A DNA stretch of 64,000 bases from Asterias rubens. Lineage: Eukaryota. Position 1 is the first letter of the stretch. The number at the start of each line of letters is the position of its first letter. The position numbers and the translations under genes are program-made. The notes under the pieces were generated by a model. That model did not search any database. It saw only the letters and a program-made list of their open reading frames with translations, and was not told where the DNA came from. The stretch spans positions 20,026,001-20,090,000 of the forward strand of contig NC_047067.1 of NCBI RefSeq assembly GCF_902459465.1. Direction: 5' to 3'. Below, piece by piece: positions 11,001 to 21,900 of the stretch.

Positions 11001-12283
11001 GGACATAAAGCCATTGGTCCCGTGTGTTGTGTAATGCAAGTGTGAGAACCCAGTGCTCTTGTCGGAAAGAGAAGGGGTTCGCCTTGGCGTTTGGGTCTGA
11101 TCGACAGCATATTGTGCCACATTGGTTTGTAAACCATTACATGGAACTATAAAGTAAAAGGTCTCATACTTTAAAGCCATTGGACCCTTTCGGTAAACAG
11201 TATTGTCCAAGTCCCACACTTCGTGTATCACAACTTATATATAAAATAACAATCCTGTGGAAATTTAGGCTCAATCGGACATCGGAGTCGGGAGAAAATA
11301 ACGGGAAAACCCACTCCTGTTTTCGCGCGTTTCGCCGTGTCATGACATGTGTTTATAACAAATCCGTAATTCTCGTTAACGAGAATTTATATTGTTTTAC
11401 CGTTTTCTCAAAAAGTAAAGCATTTCATGGACTAATATTTCAAGAGAAGTCTTTCACCATTACCTTCTGTAAACCCTGTAAATTATTTGTAAATCTGTGA
11501 ACTTTTTTTTTTTTTTCTGTACCGAAAGGGTCCAATGGCTTTAAAACCTTGCTCCACATAACCCAGTATTATTATTATTATTATCATCGTTAATTCTTAA
11601 TCTTACTTCCTCTTTATGTGTTCGCAGGAACAAGTACAAGCAGCCGTGGCCGATTACAAAAAAGCAACAAAGAAAGAATGCGAGGTCACCCTAGATAAAG
11701 ATAACTTCTTGGGAGAAGACATGTGAGTCACAGAATCTTTAGAGTCAAATATCATGAGGCAATTCACAGGCAGCAAGGTCCTAGCTTTCACATAATTTTT
11801 AACAATGTCTCTTGTGCTCCCAAAGTGTTCCTTCCGAATGTAGTGATATTGATTGCCTCCTACAATCCTAGTCGTAACTTGTTGTTTGTTTCTTCCCCAG
11901 TACTGGCGGTATAGAGATGTATGCCTTCAATAGGAAAATCAAAGTCACCAATACACTGGAGAGTCGCTTAGATTTAATGAGTCGTCAGGTATGTAAACCC
12001 AAATTCTATGCTTAGATATTTAGAACTATGGTCAACATAAAAGGTACAAAGTTTTCATAAACAGAGAGCTTAAAAAAAACAGAACATGGAAAGATTGGTA
12101 TATTTTCAGGGACCTCTTTGCAGAATCATTGAGAGTTGACAGCTCTGGGCGGGGAAGCTTAACATGTATGGATTTTTTTTGCTTGGTCTAAAATTATTCT
12201 TTAACTTTTTTTTCCATTAGATGCTGCCAGAGATCAGGAGAATAATGTTTGGCGTCAACCCGAACAGAAAGTTCGAAGACTAA
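8016..12283 (+). CDS. ATP6V1E1: V-type proton ATPase subunit E (226 aa)
   Basis: Exons 8016-8048, 8804-8869, 10030-10139, 10586-10811, 11628-11722, 11901-11988 and 12221-12283 total 681 nt. Protein [50 protein letters not shown]...[14 protein letters not shown]...[20 protein letters not shown]. Confidence 0.97.
8625..8740. repeat. Short hairpin-type dispersed repeat: three ~30-bp tandem copies plus one inverted copy
   Basis: GTAACCCTCCATCCTCCCGA x3 followed by GATGGAGGGTTAC. Same family as 37955-38062. Confidence 0.7.
10896..11170 (+). mobile_element. tRNA-derived SINE interrupted at its 3' end by a TTAA MITE
   Basis: B-box-like GTGGGTTTGAGTCCTGGTCGTGACACT...AAGACACTT, homologous to 14182-14532. 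The (TAT)n tail follows the MITE at about 11568-11584. Confidence 0.7.
11171..11544. mobile_element. Kolobok/T2-like MITE (subfamily B), TTAA target duplication
   Basis: Perfect 24-bp inverted termini including TTAA: TTAAAGCCATTGGACCCTTTCGGT ... ACCGAAAGGGTCCAATGGCTTTAA. A close second copy is at 51945-52302. Confidence 0.9.
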
Positions 12284-13060
12284 AAAGGAGGCAAGCAACT
12301 CTACACAAAAAAAGGTTCTTAGCCACATAAAAGTCTTCTACTGTGTATATACTTCACCAACACGTATAAATAGAAGACCTTATTCCATATGAAGAAGAAT
12401 ATATTTAATATTGTAAATGTAGGAGTCGTCTGTGTTTGTTGGAAGTATTACGAAAAAGTTGATTGGAACAAATCTTTAGACTTCATTTTTATTTTCAATT
12501 TTCATCTTTGACTTTTCACTATTTGAATTTTCATTTTCTCTTTTCCCATTTTGTCTCGAATCAAGCGCTCTAGTTAGGGAAATTGTTCATGTGTTTCACA
12601 AGTGTTTTCACATATGTTTTCACTTCACATGTGTTTTCACTTGCAGTTTCACATGATGAATGGAGATGTTTATTTAAGGTGAATTTAGAGATCCTTTTTG
12701 TTTGCTTCAGTACTATTTACTCAACATATTTCTTCTTTGGATTTTTTTTTTGTTGGCTACTTGTTAAGGTGCTGTATTAACATTTTCTCTGTCTGTACTC
12801 TTCATATAGAGAAGTAGTCAAAATGATAAGTGGCGGGGGGGGGGGGGATGAATTTGGTTGTTGAAACAGGCTTTAAGATGGATGTTATAAAATTACAGTA
12901 TTTTTAAATTTTAAACTTAAATATAAAAGAGCAATATTATTATGTATAAAAAACTCAAACTCAACTGTTTGAGTACCTCTTGAATTCCATTGAGACTGAG
13001 TGTTGTCTCATTTGATAGTTCCTCATTGACAGCATTTCAACTGGGAGTATGCCAACATTA

Positions 13061-13205
13061 GAGCTACATAGTTCAGTTGGTAGAGCACCGGTGCATTAAT
13101 CCAGAGGTCACACTCGGGTTCAAGTCCTGCCATAGTAGATTTGTCTTTGTTCGACCCAAAATTATTTTAAAGCTCACCAGGCCAGTTTCCATTGTGGTTT
13201 ATGAC
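13061..13205 (+). mobile_element. Short tRNA-derived SINE (family also at 24558-24695, 47032-47125, 52372-52455, 54725-54820)
   Basis: A-box TAGTTCAGTTGGTAGAG and B-box GGTTCAAGTCC, followed by a shared body TTTGTCTTTGTTCRACCC and, in full copies, a CCAGTTTCC(A/C)TTGTGGTTTAT tail. No acceptor stem. Confidence 0.7.
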
Positions 13206-14181
13206 TAAATATTTAAACTTAACACTTGGATGGAATTTGTGAATAGTTGATCAAGCCTGTGGAATAGTGTCATGCTCCAGTTAAATAGTTTCCTTGGTTG
13301 TGTTAACAAGGTGTCGGCCATTAATGATAAATGTTTTTCAATAATTTAGAGACCCTTGATGTGAATAACTGACTGTCTTGATGTTGAGTGTTCCATAGGG
13401 CCATGCTCTACATGTAGACACATGTTTTCTATCCCTGTTGGCAACTAGCCAACCGTCAATTCTATGTGTTCTCATTAGTTGCATTATTCGTGTCACATAT
13501 TAAGAATTATTTATTTTGGCTGCCCTTAGTTTGCCAACCACTGATTGTGATAGTGATGTAACAATATGTACATGTTGATGCAACTGTAATGGACTACTTT
13601 GCAAATTCAACACTATATTTGAGTTTTTGTAATCGTTGTGGCTACCTGTTTTTGCTTTGCATTTACGGATTCCCATAGTTTGTCAACCTTGGTTGCAAAA
13701 GCTCTGGCTGTGACGTGGCAATAGACTATACAGTGCCCTCTATTGGCCATTGTATTTTATCATCACCACAATAAGTCTTGGTTGTGCTATTTTGGGAGTC
13801 GGTGTCCCCCTGTTACTGTACTTGAATTGTAGTGAAATTCAAACGAAGTCTCATAACAAAAGGGACAATAGGTCTATGGTTGCTATCACAAAGGAAAACT
13901 AGTTGAACAAAGGAAGGTCCGTTATTGGAGGCCATTACACACTTATGGGTGTAGTGCGCTTTTAGGCAATGCATTTATGTTAACACGCTCACCATATTAA
14001 AAAAATTAATTTGACTCCAAGAATGACGAACTTTGGTCAGTCAATAGCTTTGTGCGATGTCTCTGCAAAGTGTCAATAGACAGTATGCAAGAAATAAAAA
14101 AACTGTTTATGTAACCCAAAAAATACATTTGATATAGGATGAGTTTTATTTGTTGTTTGTTGTTTTTGTGAAGATTCATCA

Positions 14182-14532
14182 TGGCCGATTGAATAAGAAC
14201 CTTGGACTCGAGCTCTTGTGTTTCTGATCAGCAGAGTGTGGGTTCAAATCCTGGTCGTGACACTTGTGTCCTTTACAAGACACTTAACCATTATTGCTGC
14301 ATCCTTTGGATATCACGTAAAGCCATAGGTCCCCTTGTGTTATGTAACGCACGTAAAAGAACCCAGTGCACTTATCGAAAAGAGAAGGGGTTCGCCCCTG
14401 TATTCCTGGTTTTATTGGCTGCATATGTATTCAACATGAAGCTCCACAAACCTTTTTTGAAAACACTGAGCGCTTTGGGACGCCCATCGGACTTGTGAGT
14501 GATGAAGCGCTATAAAAGAACTGCGTATTATG
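14182..14532 (+). mobile_element. Near full-length tRNA-derived SINE
   Basis: TGGCCGATTG A-box-like head, GGTTCAAATCC B-box, AAGACACTTAACC body and AGCGCTTTGGGACGCC...AAGCGCTATAAAAGAACTGCG-TATTAT tail. Confidence 0.75.
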
Positions 14533-17500
14533 ATCAAATTAACCATGCATCTCAGTGTTTGGTGATTCACTCACTTTGTTTTAACTTTGAATTTTTTGCT
14601 AAATTAATTTGAAAATATTTCAACCTCTTGAAATTTAGACTCGTTGGAAACAAAGACATATTATGTTTCATATGGTTTATTTACATCATCTTTTTTCAGT
14701 ACAATATATCATTCTGTTTAATCATATTATACATATATGACTTATAGTACATTTTGCTTTTCCTTTTAACTGCAAACGTTACATTACTACAATGCAAATT
14801 ATAAATAATCACATTCTTATAATTCTTTTCGCCATTAGTCAATTGTGTGTACGACATTGGGAGAACCTTTTTCATTATTAAACCTAGAGCTTTGGTGTTT
14901 TATGAATTTTGAGGGGGTGAAGGTGTTCTATTTAGTTCATTTTTCCCCAGTTTTTTTAGCACCTGGTTTCATCTAAGTGTTCACAGGTTTTAACTTAATG
15001 CATCCTCGTCCAACCGAAGCCGTAAATTAGGCCTCGTACGAGGTTGAAACCTCGAACAACCATGCTTCGACCCCACGGTATCAAGAACTGTTATGTACCG
15101 TGCAGTATGGTATCTGTGCAGTTCGTGATTTTAGAGCAGGCCGGTGCTTGCGTAAGGAGCCTTGCACAAGGCTACCTATTGGTTGATGGTTCGGTTGGTT
15201 GGGGGGGGGGGGGTGTCGCAATATTTGAGTGATGGGAACTAGGTCTTGCACCATGACTAACTGACACTATGACAATAGTATCTACTTGTATCTAATTATT
15301 AGTACCACAAATTTATAATGATCTGAAAACCACTATCTGCTTATCACCTGTCAAGATAAATAGTATTGCTCACGAATAGTATATAAACCTCAAACAAAAC
15401 TGTAGGAACACGCACAGGCCATATTTTATGCAGAGGGCAGCACCGAAGTAGCTATAGGGCACCCTCACGAAGAGAAGGTTGCTCTTGACCCATCCTATGC
15501 TACCGAAACTCAGGATAAATACGAGAAGAGTGCCTATTGTATTATCACACACTTTTTATAAGTGAAACTTAAAAATTATAAAACAATGGTTTACAACACC
15601 TTTTCAAGAGTGCTTTATCTTTAAAACATGAATCCTGTCCACCAGAAAACATACACTTTTAAACAAGAACTTTGTACTTGGAACTAAACATTTTTGAGTT
15701 ATATATTTTGTCTGTACAGATATTAACAAATTATACAGGTTTTTATTATTAATATTTTCCAATCTTTGGCAATTATTTAACTTCTGTCAAACCTCAACTT
15801 ACATTTTCCTTTCAGAATTATTCAACAACAGAATCAACTATGTCACAATAGATCACCTAAGTGCCATCATATTAAAGTAACAACAATTTTTATTTTATTT
15901 ATACCAGTGAGAACAGAGTTGATTGGCATTACACTCTCCCAGAGTGAAATCAGGCATCATGACCTGAACAGTGCCCACTGTCGTATCTCTGCTTACCATG
16001 GAATTCTGCGCTTACAACGCCCTGTAAAGCACACATTTTTACAGGCTGTAAGTGCAGAGTTCTGCAGTAAGCAGAACTGCAGTAACCATCATGAAGTGAA
16101 CAGGGGCCCACTGTCATTTTTTTCCTGCTTAACACAGTAAGCGCAGAGTTTCGTAGTAAGCAGTGCCATTAAATTGGGCATAACAAGTGTTTTCTGATGC
16201 TAAAACGCATTCATTTGTAAATACTCTACATGTAGTACTGGCAGTGACAATTCACCCAACTTTTATGTTAAATATGAAATACCCACTTCACAATACTGAA
16301 TATGGAGTAGGATTTTAGCTGGCTGTACAGTTATACAAGCTTATTTGCATAGGGAGATAAAACAATACTGTTCTATCGACTACATGGATATGACCTTTAT
16401 CAAGCTACTACCATCATCTTTGGTCTTGTTCCACTTGTGGCAATTGCAATGAAGAATAACAATTCTCACTGCGCCAGAAAAGGGGGTCAGACTATTCTGT
16501 CCTCCAAGCCTCACTTTGGGCTCAAATGATTGTACAGGGTTTACAAGAGATGGTTGTAGCGTGATGAAGGTCTAAAAATAGATAGGAATTTCAACTTGAA
16601 TGTTAGCAGTACTTTATTTTGATGCGACACATTTGTTACATCTGTTCTAAGTTCACACACAAGTTTGCCTGCTGAATATCGGTGGAATATATATCACAGA
16701 TGACAGAAATAGCTCTGACAATATATTATAGAGACATGCATTCCACTTTCACAATTTTTTTTTTACCCAGTTAAAAAGGGGCTCTAAGGTCAAATTAAGG
16801 TCTAATTCCATGCCATTTTGATTTTATACCATCAAAAGATTTACCAACCTTGCATACGAAAATGTACAGACCTTTGTATTTGAAATGTGACGTCATTCGA
16901 TATCAGCACCAGATGCGTCTGCACATTCCAAAGAAGAATTTGTGGGTCACACAAAAAGGTCAAATTCCATGCGTTTTTGACTGAATATCATCAAAATTCA
17001 GGAATGAACTTTTTAAAATGTACACTGCCATACCCATTTTTGAAACATGTCGTCATTGGGTGTTTTAGGATGTTGACAACATTCGCACTTAAAGGGTATA
17101 CAAAACAATGGCATTTTTGCATGGTTTTTACCTAGGTATAGGGACTAGCAATTTGTTCAAACAGACTCTATAACTGAAAATGAGTGTGTCAGAAAACTGA
17201 GCTTTGACCTTTGAACCCCTGATGAAGTGAATTTTGTACAGTATTTAACTCCATTAGTGTTCCTTCTATGAATGATTCTGTGAATTGACATCAATAATGA
17301 CAAAATACCTGTTTTCAACCCAACATATTTAAGTAACTTAAATTACGTGACCCAGCTTTGGAGTTTTAGAAGAACCAAAAAATATTGATGCACACACCTG
17401 TGATTTCTGAAATAAACTATTTTTGTCCTGAATACTTTAATCATCCAACAAACTCTAAACTTCTTGAACACATTTTGCAGATGGAAAACACACAAAGACT

Positions 17501-17718
17501 TTGGTAGAAACTTAAGACGCAATTTTTAAGGTGTGTTTAACATCAAACAGTCACAAAGCCACACCGTGTTTTTGTACGTTACTACGTGTTTTTGTACGTT
17601 ACTAAACTGTAGTTAGCACCAGTGTTGATATATAATACATAATAGTAGCACCTCGTTCATACAGACTATAGAGACTCCAGAGAGCCCACCTTGTTTGACT
17701 AGAAACCAGTTTACTGTC

Positions 17719-17850
17719 CTGGAACCAATTTCATAGAACTGCTTAATCAGAAAAGATTGCTTAACAATTTTCTGCTAAGCAAATATGAGGATACCAGTCA
17801 CAGATGGTACACGAAATGTTGCTTAAGCAGCTCTATGAAATTTGGCCCTG
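17719..17850. mobile_element. Harbinger-like MITE (GGCCCAATTTCATAG family; relatives at 10225-10530, 45325-45562, about 60200-60282 and 61677-61715)
   Basis: CTGGAACCAATTTCATAGAACTGCTTAA ... TTAAGCAGCTCTATGAAATTTGGCCCTG inverted ends with CWG flanks. The superfamily is inferred from the termini only. Confidence 0.6.
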
Positions 17851-18979
17851 TTTAAACCCATAGCTAAGCCTGATCATCCGACATTACACTTTGAGGCTTG
17901 TGAATAACACCAGACTACATTTTGAGGCTTGTGAATAACGCCAGATAACAGCCGTTAAGAAACTGGTAGTATTTTCTGCTTAAACTGGGCCCTAGATGTT
18001 TACACCCAAAACTTGTTATTTATTTCAAGTTTTGTGCCATGTAAAGCTTTGAATCTTACTTTGAATAGGTAAGATTCTTGACTGTTTTATTTTCTCGAGC
18101 ACATGTTGACTGGTCCTTATTGCTAGTATTATGTCAGTACAAGCATGTGATCTACACGCAAGCACTGCATCTATAAGTCAAGCACATGTCAAACTAAAGC
18201 GTATATCTATTGCTGTATACAACTTACTTTTGCTCGGTATTAGCAAAAACCCTCTCAACACTCTCAAAAGCAGTACTGTTCGCAGCATGTACACGTACTG
18301 TTACTAATGTAGCACTAGTAGCACTACAAGGTCCATTTTTTTGTAAACATATCTGCATAAATTAAGATAAATACTAATACAAACGTACAGCACTTTATTT
18401 TTACGTCAACAAGATATTGCTCATTTGATTTTTTTCATAGACGGCATGAATACTTCCAAAACAGGAAAACAAAATCAACATTTTTTAACAAGATGTTTTG
18501 AGAAGATAAATCATAAAGGAACTAAAGATCATTTGAGTTTGGGAGGATAATAAAGATTGGCTCGCTAATTATCCAGAAAATGTTTTGGATAGTTAGGGCT
18601 TTGTTTAGATGTTTAGAAAGTAATGATGAAGTTTGAACGTCAGTTTCAACAAAACAAACAAATTTTTTATCCGTAAACTTTGATGACAACTCCAATGAAA
18701 ATTTCCTAGGTTTACAAGTTATTGCTTAAAACCATTACCGTCATCCTTCCCATACTCCAATTATTAAGTTATTTTTAGAGCACCTACAATAAATATTTTC
18801 CGACCAAACTTGAAAATATCATCATGCAAACAAAAATAAAACGTAACCATGGCAAGAACCGTAATTCCCTAAATCCCTTCTCCATTGTACCCTTAAAAGA
18901 ATTCTATCTTCAAGTGGGGCATCTTAATATTTCAAATAAATAGGGAAGATTTGTTTATTAATTATTAGAATAAACCACC

Positions 18980-21900
18980 TCATAACCACTGCTTCGGTAT
19001 TCCGAGTAAGAATTCGCCGACGCCATAGTAGTAGACGGCCTGGGCGATGCCAAAGAGAGGCGAGATGACCAGAAGGCGACAAGACGCCCCCTTGAAGAAC
19101 GCAGAGGGGCCCTCTTGTTTCCAGATCTTGGTTGCACAATCACGGATCCCGTCATAGGTTTGCTCGCCCGGGGCATGTTGTAACAGCTGCAGTCGGGTTT
19201 TGATTACTGGCGAGGTTGACAGAAACAAAGGGTATTAATGAAATGACCTTGTTTGACTTATTGGTGCCTTGGGCACTTTGGTTCATTAATCCTGATCTTT
19301 GGATCCTGAAGATTATAATCAATGGTGGGACTTGAACCCATGACCTCTCATATGGTCACTTGTAGTGCATTATAAAGCCATGTGCCTGTGTTACATGGCA
19401 CACTGGTTGAACAAAATGGAGTCACGTGAAATAAGCTCAGTTTTCAAACCTGTAGGAGCCATAAATGTAGCTTATTTGATGAAATTCAACCAGTATGAGT
19501 GACTTAAGCCTTAAGTAGGGTCCCATTCATGCAACCAACAATCTGTGAAATTGTATTCGTAAAGTTAATTAGCTCGTGTAGCTGAAATATTTGTCAAAAT
19601 TTTGTGTTGCGCGAGACAGTTTGTGATAACTATGCGATGACATACAGCAACCAGCTTCAATTGCCTGTTACATATTGTGTTTTTTAGAATTTGGTAGCCA
19701 ATCAAGTACCTAGCTTCAGGACCACTAGCTTAGGTTCTTGGATATTTTGCAATGAAATGGTCTATTGGTCTTGCACTCTTGGTAACACGAAAATGCCTGC
19801 TTAGTTTAAACCCAAAACGACAACAGAAATATAGTATAATGATAATCTACAGATGAATTCACTCACCATCAACTGGGTTAACAGACAGAGATGCCACTGT
19901 TGCTGCAAGGCATCCACACATGAAGGAATGTTTAAAACTGGCACGACCATTCTCGCGCTTCACACCCTGTTGGCCAAAAACAAATCAGATCCAGTTATTT
20001 TCAGGTATTTATCTATGTGTTAATTTCTCATTTAACGTGGTTGACTTTTTGAAGAGTTGGTTTGGTGTATTGGCCTTACCTGCCACCCTCTAATCCCACC
20101 TGGGGCACTATGTGGATTAAGTTATCAGTCCCTATCTGACTGCGTGGGTTTTCCCTGGAAATAATTCTCAGGGGTTTTCCTCCCACATCTAAAACTGACA
20201 CTTCCTTCCTCGTCTTCTCTCTACTGGGTTCTTGGCTAGTACAGTGATTAAGTTTCTAAGAGTCCCTAGCTCCACAACCAGAATCAATTAATGAAAATTG
20301 AAAAAAAAATGAACATGCCCCATATTAAAAGCAAGTACCAAGGAAACCCAAGTACTTACCATTGCATTGAGATGTGCAAACAGTGGAAAGTATACCATGG
20401 AAAAAGGTACATCTCTCATTAGAGTCGCCCCTAGTCCCCTGTAGAGTCCAAATATGCCTTCTGTTTGGAGAAGATTGCGTGCGAGGGTCCACGCAGAGGG
20501 CGACACATCGGCTAGATTGGCGGAATACGCTCTGGTGAGGGAGGGGTTTATTTTTGAGGCGAGGTCGGGGACTGCTACGGCAGGAACCTTTTTCTTTTGA
20601 ACTGAAACTTTAAAAGAAAATATTAATTAGATATTTAAACAAATTAAAAAGATTACGGTGGTTTGAGCAATGTATACTGTTTTATGCAGGTACATTTCAA
20701 GGATATTTTACAGGATTGGTAGAGATAATAAAATAGTCATAGACAGGGTTGATGGTTTGTGCAATCAACCAAATACATGATAAAATAAACTTGGGAAAAT
20801 TTGGTTGTGCTCCATTCCAATGCAAGTCAGGAGCATGCAAACACATTATCCTTAAATTAGGTTGCAACAACCAAAATCAGCTGTTGTGGTTTGGTTTTAA
20901 CTTTTCAGATGCAGTGTGCAAGAGTATGACTTCATATCAGAGGGAAATATTTCACAGGAAAAAAATGGTTCTAGTATGAACTTCATAATCAGTAAGCTTT
21001 CAGACAAAAATTAAACACAGGTAATTTTTTTTGTTACTCTGTGTAACACCTTTAAACTAAAAACAAATTAAATTTTGATATTTTGCAATTGAGAACATTT
21101 CATAATGCTCTCAAATTTGTCCGAAGTATGATTATCAACAAAAATCTAAGAAGATCTCCACAAATCTCTCCTTATCGCTTCAACTTCCCAATCTGTCACT
21201 TCACATTTGTACACAGTGCCGTCGTTGTCAGTTTCCTCAAGCCTCGCAATTAAACTTTCACCGCCCACTCCGCCGTTTAAACACTTACTTCTCCTCCCCG
21301 CGTCCTGTAGTTGAATTTTCAGCATTTCCATAGGGGTGGTGATGATAACCTGGCACAGCCCAGCGCCGCCACCTGCAAGCATTTCTCTGTGCAAGCCCAG
21401 ATGTGCCCTGCAGTTTTGAAGAGGGGAGAAAACCGGAAGTAGAAGGGGTGATTTAGACTGGCAAAACTGTGAAAGCCCATCAGATATTTAGACATATTTA
21501 GAAAGAAGAAAAACTCAGGCATATTTATAACGCTGTCATTTCTGGGGCCACAGGAGGTTCCAACTGAAAATGAAATTTGGAGTATAAAATGTACTACTGG
21601 TACGGAGGTAAACAAAAAAAGGTTCTGGAAATCTTTGCTTGAAAATGTTTTTGTTTTTTTAAGACAGTGCTTCCCTGGACTACTCCTGGTTATTTTAGAT
21701 GGTTTTTTGTGTCCAAAGATTTCAAATAAATAAATAAAATATTGAGACTTCCCATCAGAAATGTTAGTGATTTCAGTATCAGGAAAAATGTAGAAAATGG
21801 CTGGAAGACTTGTGGCACAAATATCATGAACACCAATGTTCTTTTAAAACAGAACCAAAATTGTTTATATTTACAGGAAATATATTTGGTCCTGGGGGGG

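Noticed and set aside
13061-13140. Intact tRNA genes here and at 24558, 35676, 47032, 52372 and 54725
   Set aside because: A- and B-boxes are present, but there is no acceptor stem or consistent anticodon arm, and most continue into a shared SINE body.
21146-21288. Read-through of the SLC25A22 exon 5 donor giving 47 extra codons
   Set aside because: There is a canonical A|GTAAGT donor and an in-phase next exon. The extension has no carrier similarity and would truncate the protein.
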